Source of the DNA: Bacillota bacterium
GTDB lineage: Bacteria; Bacillota; DTU025
Reading direction: 5' to 3'
Length of the DNA stretch: 64,000 nucleotides
NCBI GenBank assembly: GCA_050951805.1
Contig: JBMNJT010000008.1
Span: 224,001 to 288,000, forward strand
The position numbers and the translations under genes were made by a program. The notes beneath the pieces are model-generated. The model was not told where the DNA came from and did not search any database. It saw only the letters and a list, made by a program, of their open reading frames with translations. This document shows, piece by piece, positions 9,557 to 17,707 of this stretch (position 1 is the stretch's first letter; every line of letters begins with the position of its first letter).

Positions 9557-10201
9557 GTGTCTGATTCATGTATTCTAATGTCAAGGGCGACTTTGGCGAG
9601 ATTGCCGTTCTATTATCGGAAAGTGTTGGCGCATGCTCAATCTGGGCACGATAGGATCTCCTCTGCCCAGCTTGCTGAAGGCCTTAGCATCGACTCTGCT
9701 CAGGTTCGTCGTGACATCTCTTCAATTGGCGATTTTGGAAGAGCGGGTATTGGCTACAATCTGCCTGAGCTTATCGAGGCGCTCGAGGAGATACTAGGGA
9801 TCAAGAATCGGACTGAAGCGGTCTTGGTTGGTGTCGGACGTCTCGGGTCTGCACTTTTCAGATACCCTGGCTTCAAGGACTATGGGCTCAAGATTGTGGC
9901 CTTGTTCGATTCGGATCCCGAGAAAGTAGGGACGGAGCTAGATGGCACGTTGGTGCGTCATGTGTCAGAGATACCGCATGTGACCGAGAGGTTGTCGATC
10001 CAGATGGGGATAATTACTGTGCCTGGAAAGAGTGCCCAGGATGTGGCCGATCTCCTGTGTGACGCAGGTGTGATAGCTATCTGGAACTTTGCGCCTGTGG
10101 GGCTAAAGACCCCGCCGCATGTGATGGTCAGGGATGAAGATTTAGCAGCTGGGTTGGCATATCTGTCTAGGCACATAGTCGTCTCTACTTCCAGCGAATA
10201 G
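9557..10201 (+). CDS. rex: Redox-sensing transcriptional repressor Rex
   Basis: ATLARLPFY, ISSAQLA...QVRRDIS..G.FGRAGIGY, Rossmann VGVGRLG, AIWNFAP. Confidence 0.93.
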   Translation: MSDSCILMSRATLARLPFYYRKVLAHAQSGHDRISSAQLAEGLSIDSAQVRRDISSIGDFGRAGIGYNLPELIEALEEILGIKNRTEAVLVGVGRLGSALFRYPGFKDYGLKIVALFDSDPEKVGTELDGTLVRHVSEIPHVTERLSIQMGIITVPGKSAQDVADLLCDAGVIAIWNFAPVGLKTPPHVMVRDEDLAAGLAYLSRHIVVSTSSE

Positions 10202-10230
10202 TCAAAGAAGGAAATACAAGCGAGTTTGTG

Positions 10231-10286
10231 GAAACATTCCGGGGCAATCGTGCACACGGCGCGGTTGCCCCGGAAACGTTTCTTCT
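10231..10286 (+). terminator. Long hairpin/terminator closing the hydrogenase operon
   Basis: GAAACATTCCGGGGCAATCGTGC pairs (with G-U and one bulge) with GCGCGGTTGCCCCGGAAACGTTTC; weak U tract. Confidence 0.5.
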
Positions 10287-10395
10287 GTGATTGTTGGCAG
10301 GCCCAATTCCCTTGGTCACGCGCGAGCGGTCGTGTCTGCATGCTTTAAGATTGCGGTCATCGGCTCTCAAAGGCCATGATGGAGGTTAACCCGAT

Positions 10396-11739
10396 TTGAA
10401 CGGCATTCACATCTTTCACAGAAACCGACTCGGGGCTAGCTGCCCAAAGCAGTACGTCCTATCGGCAGTTATCATTCTTGCAGGCATCATTGTAGCATCG
10501 CATTCGGCATGTGCAACGGATGCGGCATCTTCCGGCAAAACTGTGTTTGTGCGAGTGGGTATACCCTGCAATGGCCAGGTAACACTGGGCTCTGGAACGG
10601 CAGGAGAGCTCCTGCAGATAGGCGAAGACCTCAAGCTTGACCATGCCCAATTCTGCGTGGGCGAGGATGGAGAGATAGCATGCATTGGGCCTGATGGGGC
10701 CCGCAAGGACCTGCATGCTCCGATCCTGGTCCACTTGGCAAAAGAGGTGGAGGAGGCTGGCGGGCAGGAGGCCGCGCTCATATGGCTCGACAATGCCAAA
10801 GCCGTCTACAAGGGGTCATTCGAGCTTTCCGTCGATTCGAAGGGAGGCCTGTCCGTAGTCAACATTGTTGTGCTTGAGGATTATGTTGCTGGCGTGGTGC
10901 CATATGAAATCGGGGCGTCTTCTCCATACGAGGCGTTGCGAGCCCAGGCGGTAGTGGCGCGAACTGAGGCTCTAGGCGGCTTGGGACGTCATTCGTCTCA
11001 AGGGTTCGATCTTTGCGCGACGACGCACTGCCAGGTATACAAGGGAGCTGGCGCAGAGCTTGCCAATCCCATGGTCAGGCAGGCAGTGGATTCCACTTCG
11101 GGAGAGGTTATCTTCTATGGGGATGTTCCCGCGAAAGCGGCGAATTATCATGCGTGCTGTGGGGGCTTCACTGAGAGCCCGGGCGATTTGTGGGGAACAG
11201 ATGTTCCATACATGCATACAGTGAGATGCAATGGAGAGATTGATGCCTGTGGTGATGGCGTGTATATGTCGGAGGAGGACGTTCGTAACTGGATCGAAAC
11301 ACCTGATCCCAAAGATTACTGCTACGGGTCGAATGGCTACCGGTGGAGCGTAGTCTATTCTCAGGAGGCGCTTGCTGAGATCTTGCAGCCGGTGATCGGG
11401 CGGGGCGCATGTGTTGAGTCATTGGAAGTTGCGGCGAGGACGCCGAGGGGCGCTGCTGTGCGGTTGGTAATCCATACGTCCTCAGGCGATTTCGAGGTGT
11501 CTGGCGAATACGCGATAAGGTCGGCTTTAGGCGGAACCCAATCTGTCAAAAGTGGAGTATTCGTGGTGAACGCATACGGGGATGCTCCTGCGAAGTTCGA
11601 GCTTGTGGGCGCCGGCTATGGGCACGGGGTCGGAATGTGCCAGTATGGTGCGAGGGCCATGGCTAAGCAGGGATATGATTACAAAGCTATCCTGGAGAAA
11701 TATTATCCAGGGGCGACTGTTGGAGCATTTAGACCGTAA
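10396..11739 (+). CDS. SpoIID/LytB domain-containing lytic transglycosylase
   Basis: N-terminal signal/TM segment; LEDYVAGVVPYE, EALRAQAVVART, CATTHCQVY, YHACCGG, GYGHGVGMCQYGA...ILEKYY. Confidence 0.9.
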   Translation: MNGIHIFHRNRLGASCPKQYVLSAVIILAGIIVASHSACATDAASSGKTVFVRVGIPCNGQVTLGSGTAGELLQIGEDLKLDHAQFCVGEDGEIACIGPDGARKDLHAPILVHLAKEVEEAGGQEAALIWLDNAKAVYKGSFELSVDSKGGLSVVNIVVLEDYVAGVVPYEIGASSPYEALRAQAVVARTEALGGLGRHSSQGFDLCATTHCQVYKGAGAELANPMVRQAVDSTSGEVIFYGDVPAKAANYHACCGGFTESPGDLWGTDVPYMHTVRCNGEIDACGDGVYMSEEDVRNWIETPDPKDYCYGSNGYRWSVVYSQEALAEILQPVIGRGACVESLEVAARTPRGAAVRLVIHTSSGDFEVSGEYAIRSALGGTQSVKSGVFVVNAYGDAPAKFELVGAGYGHGVGMCQYGARAMAKQGYDYKAILEKYYPGATVGAFRP

Positions 11740-11874
11740 AAGGACGGCCTGTGTAGGTTCGAGCCGATTCTATGCGTCATGTTGGATGTTGCGCAGTCTG
11801 GGGTGGATGTCCGGATAATGTCGGTCGGGAGTTGGCGCGGGCCGGTTCCGATCGTTTGAGGGTGATATGGGGCA

Positions 11875-12447
11875 ATGAACGATTTGCGCGAGCGCGTTCG
11901 TGCTGGCGACAGAAACGCCCTGGAGCAGCTTTTCGCCGAAAACATCGAGACGGTCTCGAAGATGGCATCGAGCATCGCCGGGGCCCGCTGCGACATAGAG
12001 GACATGGTTCAGGAGGCTCTGCTCCGAGCCGTTCGCTCTATCCGGAACTTTCGGTGGGAATGCTCTTTCTCCACATGGCTTTACAGGATCTTGGTCAACG
12101 TAAACAAGGATTTTGTGCGAAAGGCGGGCTCTGCTGAGATCGTTTCCCTCGATCAGCTGGCCGAACAGAGCGATGATGCGCTGCCTTGTGTGCGCTCCGA
12201 GGTCGGACAGCCTGAAGAGGAGGCCATTCGGCAAGAGGAGTGCGAAACTTTGGCCGAAGCAATCCGGGCTTTGCCGCGCCTTGACAGCTCTGTTCTGTGG
12301 ATGAGAGAGGCGCTGAACCTGTCATACGCAGAAATAGCCGACAACCTTGGGTGTTCTGTCGAAAGCGTACGTTCGAGGCTATGGAGAGCTCGGAGGCGGT
12401 TGCGGGAGAACATGGCATTGCTAATTCCAGAGCATGTCCCGCAGTGA
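11875..12447 (+). CDS. ECF-family RNA polymerase sigma factor
   Basis: Region 2 EDMVQEALLRA...FSTWLYRI; region 4 LSYAEIADNLGCSVESVRSRLWRARRRL. Confidence 0.9.
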   Translation: MNDLRERVRAGDRNALEQLFAENIETVSKMASSIAGARCDIEDMVQEALLRAVRSIRNFRWECSFSTWLYRILVNVNKDFVRKAGSAEIVSLDQLAEQSDDALPCVRSEVGQPEEEAIRQEECETLAEAIRALPRLDSSVLWMREALNLSYAEIADNLGCSVESVRSRLWRARRRLRENMALLIPEHVPQ

Positions 12448-12473
12448 CACTTTACTCCCGTTCCCCCGTCTAA
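12445..12473 (+). promoter_or_regulatory. ECF-type promoter overlapping the sigma stop codon and facing degV
   Basis: TGACAC-N16-CGTCTAA, matching the SigW/SigX/SigV-class architecture TGAAAC-N16-CGT(A/C). Confidence 0.6.
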
Positions 12474-12497
12474 CTGTTTTGGAGGGGGGAATCATCT

Positions 12498-13337
12498 TTG
12501 GCGAGGGTCGGAATTGTCACAGACAGCTCCAATGGCATACCACCTGAGGTAATCGATGAATACGGGATAACCGTAGTGCCGATCCAGGTCCAGTTCGGCG
12601 CCGAGTCATTCAAGGAAGGCGTGGATCTTCCGTGCGATAAGTTTTACAGGCTTATTGAAGAACCTGTGCTGCCCACTACATCGCAACCCGCACCGGGTGA
12701 TTTTGTCAATGCATACAGAAGCTTAGTGGGACAATGCGACGAGATTCTTTCGATTCACCTATCATCAAAAGCGAGCGGCACGTGTCAATCTGCGAGGCTG
12801 GCGGCTGAGATGATCGAGGGCGTCAAGATAACCATAGTTGACACACAGACTGCAAGCATGGGCACGGGCCTTTTGACAATAGCTGCAGCCGAGGCTGCCA
12901 AAGAAGGAAAAAGCTCAGATGAGATCATTGACCTCATGCACAGGGGCGCAGATGGGACACATGTGTTTGTTGCCCTTCCAACCTTGAAATACTTGCGCCG
13001 CAGCGGCAGGGTTCCGCAGGTGCAGGCTTGGGTTGCATCACTCCTTTCGATCAACCCCATACTTACTACGCATGACGGTGTGGTCGAAGCCGTCGAACGA
13101 GTTCGGACATTCCGCGGTTCGGTAAGGCGAATGATAGAGCTTGCGGCGGAGGCCTGTGGTGGCCGCGCAAAAAGGGTTGTGTTGATGCATGCTAACGCGA
13201 TCGAGGATGCCCAAGGCTTGCTGGATGAAGTGCAATCAAGGATTTCCTTCGAGCGGATCTACTTCTCTGAAATGGGAGGATCTATGGCAGTGCATGGGGG
13301 CGCAGGGATGTTGGGAATAGCTTTTTCGCAAGTATAG
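12498..13337 (+). CDS. degV: DegV family fatty-acid-binding protein (FakB-like)
   Basis: IVTDSS, PTTSQPAPG, HLSSKASGT, TLKYLRRSGR, VHGGAG. Confidence 0.92.
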   Translation: MARVGIVTDSSNGIPPEVIDEYGITVVPIQVQFGAESFKEGVDLPCDKFYRLIEEPVLPTTSQPAPGDFVNAYRSLVGQCDEILSIHLSSKASGTCQSARLAAEMIEGVKITIVDTQTASMGTGLLTIAAAEAAKEGKSSDEIIDLMHRGADGTHVFVALPTLKYLRRSGRVPQVQAWVASLLSINPILTTHDGVVEAVERVRTFRGSVRRMIELAAEACGGRAKRVVLMHANAIEDAQGLLDEVQSRISFERIYFSEMGGSMAVHGGAGMLGIAFSQV

Positions 13338-13413
13338 GGGTCCTTAAGGCACGCGCGGAAGTTGTGCGATGCCTTCAGCTAGAAATGGTGATGTTCTCGG
13401 TGCCGGACATCAT

Positions 13414-13442
13414 TTGCGAACTTCGCCGTTTAGGCGTATAAT
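13414..13442 (+). promoter_or_regulatory. Sigma-A promoter of tRNA-Arg
   Basis: TTGCGA-N17-TATAAT, ending 19 nt before the tRNA. Confidence 0.65.
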
Positions 13443-13461
13443 ACACTCGAACAGTTGGAAC

Positions 13462-13536
13462 GCGCCTATAGCTCAGTGGATAGAGCACTGGCCTCCGGAG
13501 CCAGTTGCGCAGGTTCAATTCCTGCTAGGCGCGCCA
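13462..13536 (+). tRNA. tRNA-Arg (anticodon CCG)
   Basis: Cloverleaf: acceptor GCGCCTA/TAGGCGC, D-arm GCTC/GAGC, anticodon stem CTGGC/GCCAG with loop CT-CCG-GA, T-arm GCAGG-TTCAATT-CCTGC, encoded CCA. Confidence 0.97.
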
Positions 13537-13544
13537 TTTATTTG

Positions 13545-13580
13545 AGTCCCTCTGCAGATCGGCAGAGGGCTATTATTTTC
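13545..13580 (+). terminator. Terminator after tRNA-Arg
   Basis: CCCTCTGC / GCAGAGGG stem followed by an A/T-rich tract TATTATTTT. Confidence 0.55.
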
Positions 13581-13694
13581 GTGGAGTCGGCCATATTTCA
13601 CGGCGTTCCCGGAGAAGTTGGTGAGTAGCTCTACAGTTTTCGAGATATTCTGTAACATTACGAAGGCAATTTCAGATGGCGTGTCGATGGATAT

Positions 13695-13754
13695 GACATA
13701 ATCGCGTGTAAATTATGTCCAATTGAGCAGGGACTCGCATTCCCCTCGTAGAAT
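13695..13754 (+). promoter_or_regulatory. Palindromic operator plus possible sigma-H promoter of the Spo0A-like gene
   Basis: Perfect inverted repeat GACATAAT-N9-ATTATGTC (13695-13719), then GCAGGGA-N17-GAAT (13727-13754), resembling the SigH AGGA...GAAT consensus. Confidence 0.4.
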
Positions 13755-13813
13755 GGTCCATTCGCGTTAATTTTACGCGCTTCAAACAACTACGGCAATA
13801 GGGGGGAAGAAGC

Positions 13814-14647
13814 TTGATTGGGAGAAAAACTAGGGTTCTAGTCGTCGAGAACAACAAGGACCTGTGCGAAGTCATCGAGGCAATGCTGAAAGAAGAGGAC
13901 GACATAGAACTGGCCGGAACGGCCTATGACGGGATCCAGGCTTTGGAGATGATACCCAAGACCCAACCGGACGTTATCCTCCTCGACATCATCATGCCGT
14001 ATCTCGATGGAATGGAGGTTCTGGCCCGCTTGGATGAAACGGGCGTCGAGGAACGCCCGAAGGTCGTTATGCTTTCGGCATTTGAAGAAGAAGAGATGGT
14101 CAGGAGATGTGCTCGTCTCGGAGCGGATTACTATCTTCTTAAACCTTTTGATAGGGACAACCTTATCAACCGGATACGGCAGGTAGTCAGCGCTGAACCG
14201 CTTGCCCCAAAACCCAAGACGGATAGGGCTTACGCCTCGCGGGAGAGGGCGCGTGAAGTCGACCGGAAGCCCAGGGGCGCGCAGTTCGATCTGGAAACGG
14301 AGACTACAAGGATTCTTTATAACTTGGGTGTGCCCACCTACTTCAAAGGCTACTCCTACATAAAAGAAGCAATAATGCTCGTCACACGCGACATCGGGCT
14401 CTTGGGCGCGGTCACGAAGTCGCTCTATCCGAAAGTTGCCGAAAAGCACGGCACCACTCCCCTCATAGTCGAGGCCGCTATAAGGTACACAATACAAAAG
14501 ACATGGAAACAGGGAAACCCTGAATACATCAACAAGATCTTTGGCTATGCCGTGAACCTACGAGAAGGAAAACCGCCGACCAACTCGTTTTTCATTGCCA
14601 AAATCGCAGAGGAGCTCCGCCTGGAAATGCTTGAGTGCGCGCAGTAA
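13814..14647 (+). CDS. Divergent Spo0A-family response regulator (receiver + Spo0A C-terminal domain)
   Basis: PDVILLDIIMPYLDG receiver; C-domain LGVPTYFKGYSYIKEAI, LGAVTKSLYPKVA, KPPTNSFFIA. Recognition helix reads PLIVEAAIRYTI instead of the canonical ASRVERAIRHAI. Confidence 0.85.
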   Translation: MIGRKTRVLVVENNKDLCEVIEAMLKEEDDIELAGTAYDGIQALEMIPKTQPDVILLDIIMPYLDGMEVLARLDETGVEERPKVVMLSAFEEEEMVRRCARLGADYYLLKPFDRDNLINRIRQVVSAEPLAPKPKTDRAYASRERAREVDRKPRGAQFDLETETTRILYNLGVPTYFKGYSYIKEAIMLVTRDIGLLGAVTKSLYPKVAEKHGTTPLIVEAAIRYTIQKTWKQGNPEYINKIFGYAVNLREGKPPTNSFFIAKIAEELRLEMLECAQ

Positions 14648-14676
14648 GTCTGCTATGCAATGAAATGGGCGAACCC

Positions 14677-14704
14677 GCGGCGGGCCTTCGGTTCGCCGCT
14701 GTTT
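14677..14704 (+). terminator. Terminator after the Spo0A-like gene
   Basis: GCGGCGGGCC-TTC-GGTTCGCCGC stem (with G-U pairs) followed by TGTTT. Confidence 0.55.
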
Positions 14705-14792
14705 GCTTTGCATACGCAGCCCGCGGATAGATCCACGGCAACGCGAGTTCGCAGACTTCCTTCTATTGTGCCTGCTGTGACTTCTTCTATCG

Positions 14793-14822
14793 TTGCACCA
14801 GACCATGTATTTGTAGTATAAT
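14793..14822 (+). promoter_or_regulatory. Sigma-A promoter of the V/A-ATPase operon
   Basis: TTGCAC-N18-TATAAT. Confidence 0.55.
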
Positions 14823-14825
14823 CCC

Positions 14826-14862
14826 GGATGAGTCCATGCAACAATGTGTAGTGCATGGGTCC
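14826..14862 (+). ncRNA. Candidate Na+-sensing riboswitch (DUF1646-motif-like)
   Basis: GGAU-GAGU-CCAUGCA-ACAAUGUGUAG-UGCAUGG-GUCC forms two stacked stems in the 5' UTR of a Na+-type ATPase operon. The match to the DUF1646 consensus is recalled, not computed. Confidence 0.45.
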
Positions 14863-14886
14863 TTTCTGCTCGATGTGGGGGTGTTG

Positions 14887-15219
14887 TTGGCATTGAGCAT
14901 CGAGGCGATAGATGAGATCCGTGATGTTGAAAGCCAGGCAGACGAGATCGTGCGCGCTGCGATTGAGGAAGCTAGGGCTCGAGTGGCCGCAGCGGAGGAG
15001 AGAGCCAGAGAGTCTGTTGTAGAGGCCGAACGTTCGGCCATGGCTGAGGCAGCCAGGGTAGAGGACGAATCGCGCGCTCGTACGGCGGCCGAGGCTGACA
15101 AGGCGAAGAAGCAAGTTGAGTCCAAGGTGAAGGAATTAGACGGTATAGCGAGATCAAACTGGGACAAGGCTCTGAAGTCGGCCGCTGGGAAGGTGTTGAG
15201 TTCTATTGGCGATCTCTGA
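14887..15219 (+). CDS. V/A-type ATPase peripheral stalk subunit H (G); NtpF in Enterococcus nomenclature
   Basis: Charged coiled coil SIEAIDEIRDVESQADEIVRAA...; first gene before subunit I. Start is uncertain (14887 or 14893). Confidence 0.75.
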   Translation: MALSIEAIDEIRDVESQADEIVRAAIEEARARVAAAEERARESVVEAERSAMAEAARVEDESRARTAAEADKAKKQVESKVKELDGIARSNWDKALKSAAGKVLSSIGDL

Positions 15220-17203
15220 GATGAGCAGAGTGACCGTGCTAGGGCATGAGTCGCGGATCGGAGATGTCGTAGACGTCCTGCAACAACTGGGCACTGCAGA
15301 GGTGAGCCAGTTTGGTGAGGACCTTGCTGACGAAGAACTCTTGGATCTTGCATGCCCCTACGACGCTTCTGAAAGAATCGCCGAGCTCGATAGCATTCTG
15401 GCGGAGCTCTCATACACCATCGACATGATGGGTAAGCATCGACACATAAAACGGGACATTGTTCAGAACTTTTCAGGTTTCCGTCTGTACATGACTGAGG
15501 ACGAATGGAATGCTTATGCTGAAGGCGGGGCGGAAGCGGCTCGCGATATTTACAGCCGGGCCAAAGCTATTGAAGACACCCTCGCTCAACTGGCAACTAA
15601 TGAAGCTTCCATCCTGACATCGATTGAGATACTTATGCCGTGGCAGGGTCTGGATGCGCCGATCGAGGAGATCCGCACCGGACGCCATGTAGAGCTCGTG
15701 CTGGGGACTGCCGATGCGCGGAAACTCGAGGCATCCCTCGCTGAAGCCTCCGAGATTGTGGAAGGACTCGCCTGGGAGCTAGTGGGCGTCGACGGTGAGC
15801 GAGCTTACTTACTGACGGCATATCCCCTTTCCGAGGCTGAAGAGGCGGCTCGCGCGTTGTCGCAGGCGGGTTTTGCCGAGGTAAGGCTGGATCAGTATTC
15901 TGGTGTCCCGAGGGATATCATTGCACGCCTGCGAAAGGAATTAGACAGCATTTATCGAAGACGCGATCAGATCGAACAGGAGATCGATGCCCTCGTGGAG
16001 GACCGTCCCCGCGTATTCGTGCTTCACGACCATTTTTACCTTGAACGTGAGAAATACGCCATTACAAACAGGTTTGGCGGCACTGAACATACATTCATGG
16101 TCGAAGGTTGGGTTCAGACTAAGGACCTCGAGGAGTTGCGAGCCAAGATTGAAGGGATCGCCGATGATATCGTGGTATTGGACAGGCCGCGGTTTGAGGA
16201 TGAAGAGGCTCCGGTAGAGCTTTCCAATAAGCCGCTTGTGGCTCCTTTTGAAGTGATAACCAAGACCATGGGATACCCCAAGCAGGGCACTATCGACCCC
16301 AGCCCATACTTGGGCCCATTCTTTCTTGTTTTCTTCGGACTGTGCATGACAGATGCCGTCTATGGCATCTTTATTGCCTTGGTCGCCTTCCAACTCATGA
16401 AGAAGACCCATACCCGACCTGGTGAAGGCGGGTTTCTTGACCTCATTGCCATGTGCGGATTTGCCACCATATTCGTAGGCGCGCTGCTCGGCGGTTGGCT
16501 GGGTGATCTGCCGAAGCGTCTTTTTGGTTGGGATACCGCAATCCTCTTTGATCCGATGGAGAGCCCAACCACATTTCTCATTCTCTCTTTCGTGATGGGC
16601 ATCATCCATCTGTATTGGGGGATTATCATCAAGGGTATTGACAATGTGAAGAAGGGCGAATGGCTATCCGCCATATATGACCAGGGATTCTGGCTTGTTT
16701 GGCTGACGAGCCTGATGCTGACCCTTGGCGCTACAGCCCTCGGCCCGAACGGCCCTGCGATAGCGGCTGTGTCAAAATGGTTTCTGATTGCCTCAGCCAT
16801 AGGGCTCATTGCCACTCAGGGCCGCCAGCACAAGAATCCCATTAAGAGAATAGGTGCAGGGCTGATATCGCTCTACAACACGACTGGGTTCATGAGCAAT
16901 GTCATATCATACGCCAGGCTATTTGGCTTGGGCTTTACAAGCACTGTCTTGGCCTCTGTCATGAACGATCTCTTTCTGAGGCCCGCGGGTATTCCCGTAG
17001 TTGGTCCGGTCATTGCGGTAGTGGGGTTGGCATTCGGCCACCTCTTCAATATTCTCATCAATATCATTGGCTCTTACGTCCACTCCAGCCGCCTCCAGTA
17101 CGTGGAGTTCTTCGGCGAGTTCTTTGAGGCTGGAGGGCGAAGATTCATGCCATTTGGCATGTCGACAAAGTACGTAACGGTGGAAAACTCTAAGGAGGCA
17201 TAG
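15206..17203 (+). CDS. ntpI: V/A-type ATPase subunit I (a)
   Basis: MAISEMSRVTV, IDPSP..PFFLVFFG.C.TDAVYG, SNVISYARLFGLG, HSSRLQYVEFF. Confidence 0.93.
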   Translation: MAISEMSRVTVLGHESRIGDVVDVLQQLGTAEVSQFGEDLADEELLDLACPYDASERIAELDSILAELSYTIDMMGKHRHIKRDIVQNFSGFRLYMTEDEWNAYAEGGAEAARDIYSRAKAIEDTLAQLATNEASILTSIEILMPWQGLDAPIEEIRTGRHVELVLGTADARKLEASLAEASEIVEGLAWELVGVDGERAYLLTAYPLSEAEEAARALSQAGFAEVRLDQYSGVPRDIIARLRKELDSIYRRRDQIEQEIDALVEDRPRVFVLHDHFYLEREKYAITNRFGGTEHTFMVEGWVQTKDLEELRAKIEGIADDIVVLDRPRFEDEEAPVELSNKPLVAPFEVITKTMGYPKQGTIDPSPYLGPFFLVFFGLCMTDAVYGIFIALVAFQLMKKTHTRPGEGGFLDLIAMCGFATIFVGALLGGWLGDLPKRLFGWDTAILFDPMESPTTFLILSFVMGIIHLYWGIIIKGIDNVKKGEWLSAIYDQGFWLVWLTSLMLTLGATALGPNGPAIAAVSKWFLIASAIGLIATQGRQHKNPIKRIGAGLISLYNTTGFMSNVISYARLFGLGFTSTVLASVMNDLFLRPAGIPVVGPVIAVVGLAFGHLFNILINIIGSYVHSSRLQYVEFFGEFFEAGGRRFMPFGMSTKYVTVENSKEA

Positions 17204-17208
17204 CACAC

Positions 17209-17688
17209 ATGGATTTCACACTAGGCACACTTCTCGGGTTCATGGCGATTGGACTCGCCGTAATTCCTGGCGGTTACGCATCTTCCAAGGCCGTCGGAAT
17301 GGTGGGACGAGCCGGCGCAGGAGTCATTACCGAAGATCCTGACAAGTTCGGTTCGATCCTGATCCTCCAAGCCCTTCCCGGCACTCAGGGAGTCTACGGT
17401 TTCCTTACGGGCCTGTCGATCATGGTCAAGATAGGAGTATTGGGTGGATCAATCCAGGCGCTCACTGTTAATCAGGGGATCATGTTCATCCTTGCTGCTG
17501 TCCCCGTAGCGGCTCTGGGTTGGCTTTCCGCTATATTCCAAGGGCAGGTCGCCGCGTCCGGCGTTAGCATTGTTGCAAAAAGACCGGAGGAAATGGGAAA
17601 AGCGGTAATCCTAGCTGCCATGGTGGAGACGTACGCAGTTTTAGCGCTCCTCGCGAGCCTATTGATGGTACTGTCGATCAACGTCTGA
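17209..17688 (+). CDS. ntpK: V/A-type ATPase rotor subunit K (four-TM, Na+-binding type)
   Basis: LQALPGTQGVYG, SAIFQGQV and AMVETYA align with the Enterococcus hirae NtpK Na+ ligands T64/Q65, Q110, E139. Confidence 0.92.
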   Translation: MDFTLGTLLGFMAIGLAVIPGGYASSKAVGMVGRAGAGVITEDPDKFGSILILQALPGTQGVYGFLTGLSIMVKIGVLGGSIQALTVNQGIMFILAAVPVAALGWLSAIFQGQVAASGVSIVAKRPEEMGKAVILAAMVETYAVLALLASLLMVLSINV

Positions 17689-17707
17689 TCAGCCGGGAGT
17701 GTATATT

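Noticed and set aside
13462-14647. tRNA-Arg as an integration site for a Spo0A-like-bearing island
   Set aside because: No integrase, no duplicated tRNA 3' end seen, and no composition shift.
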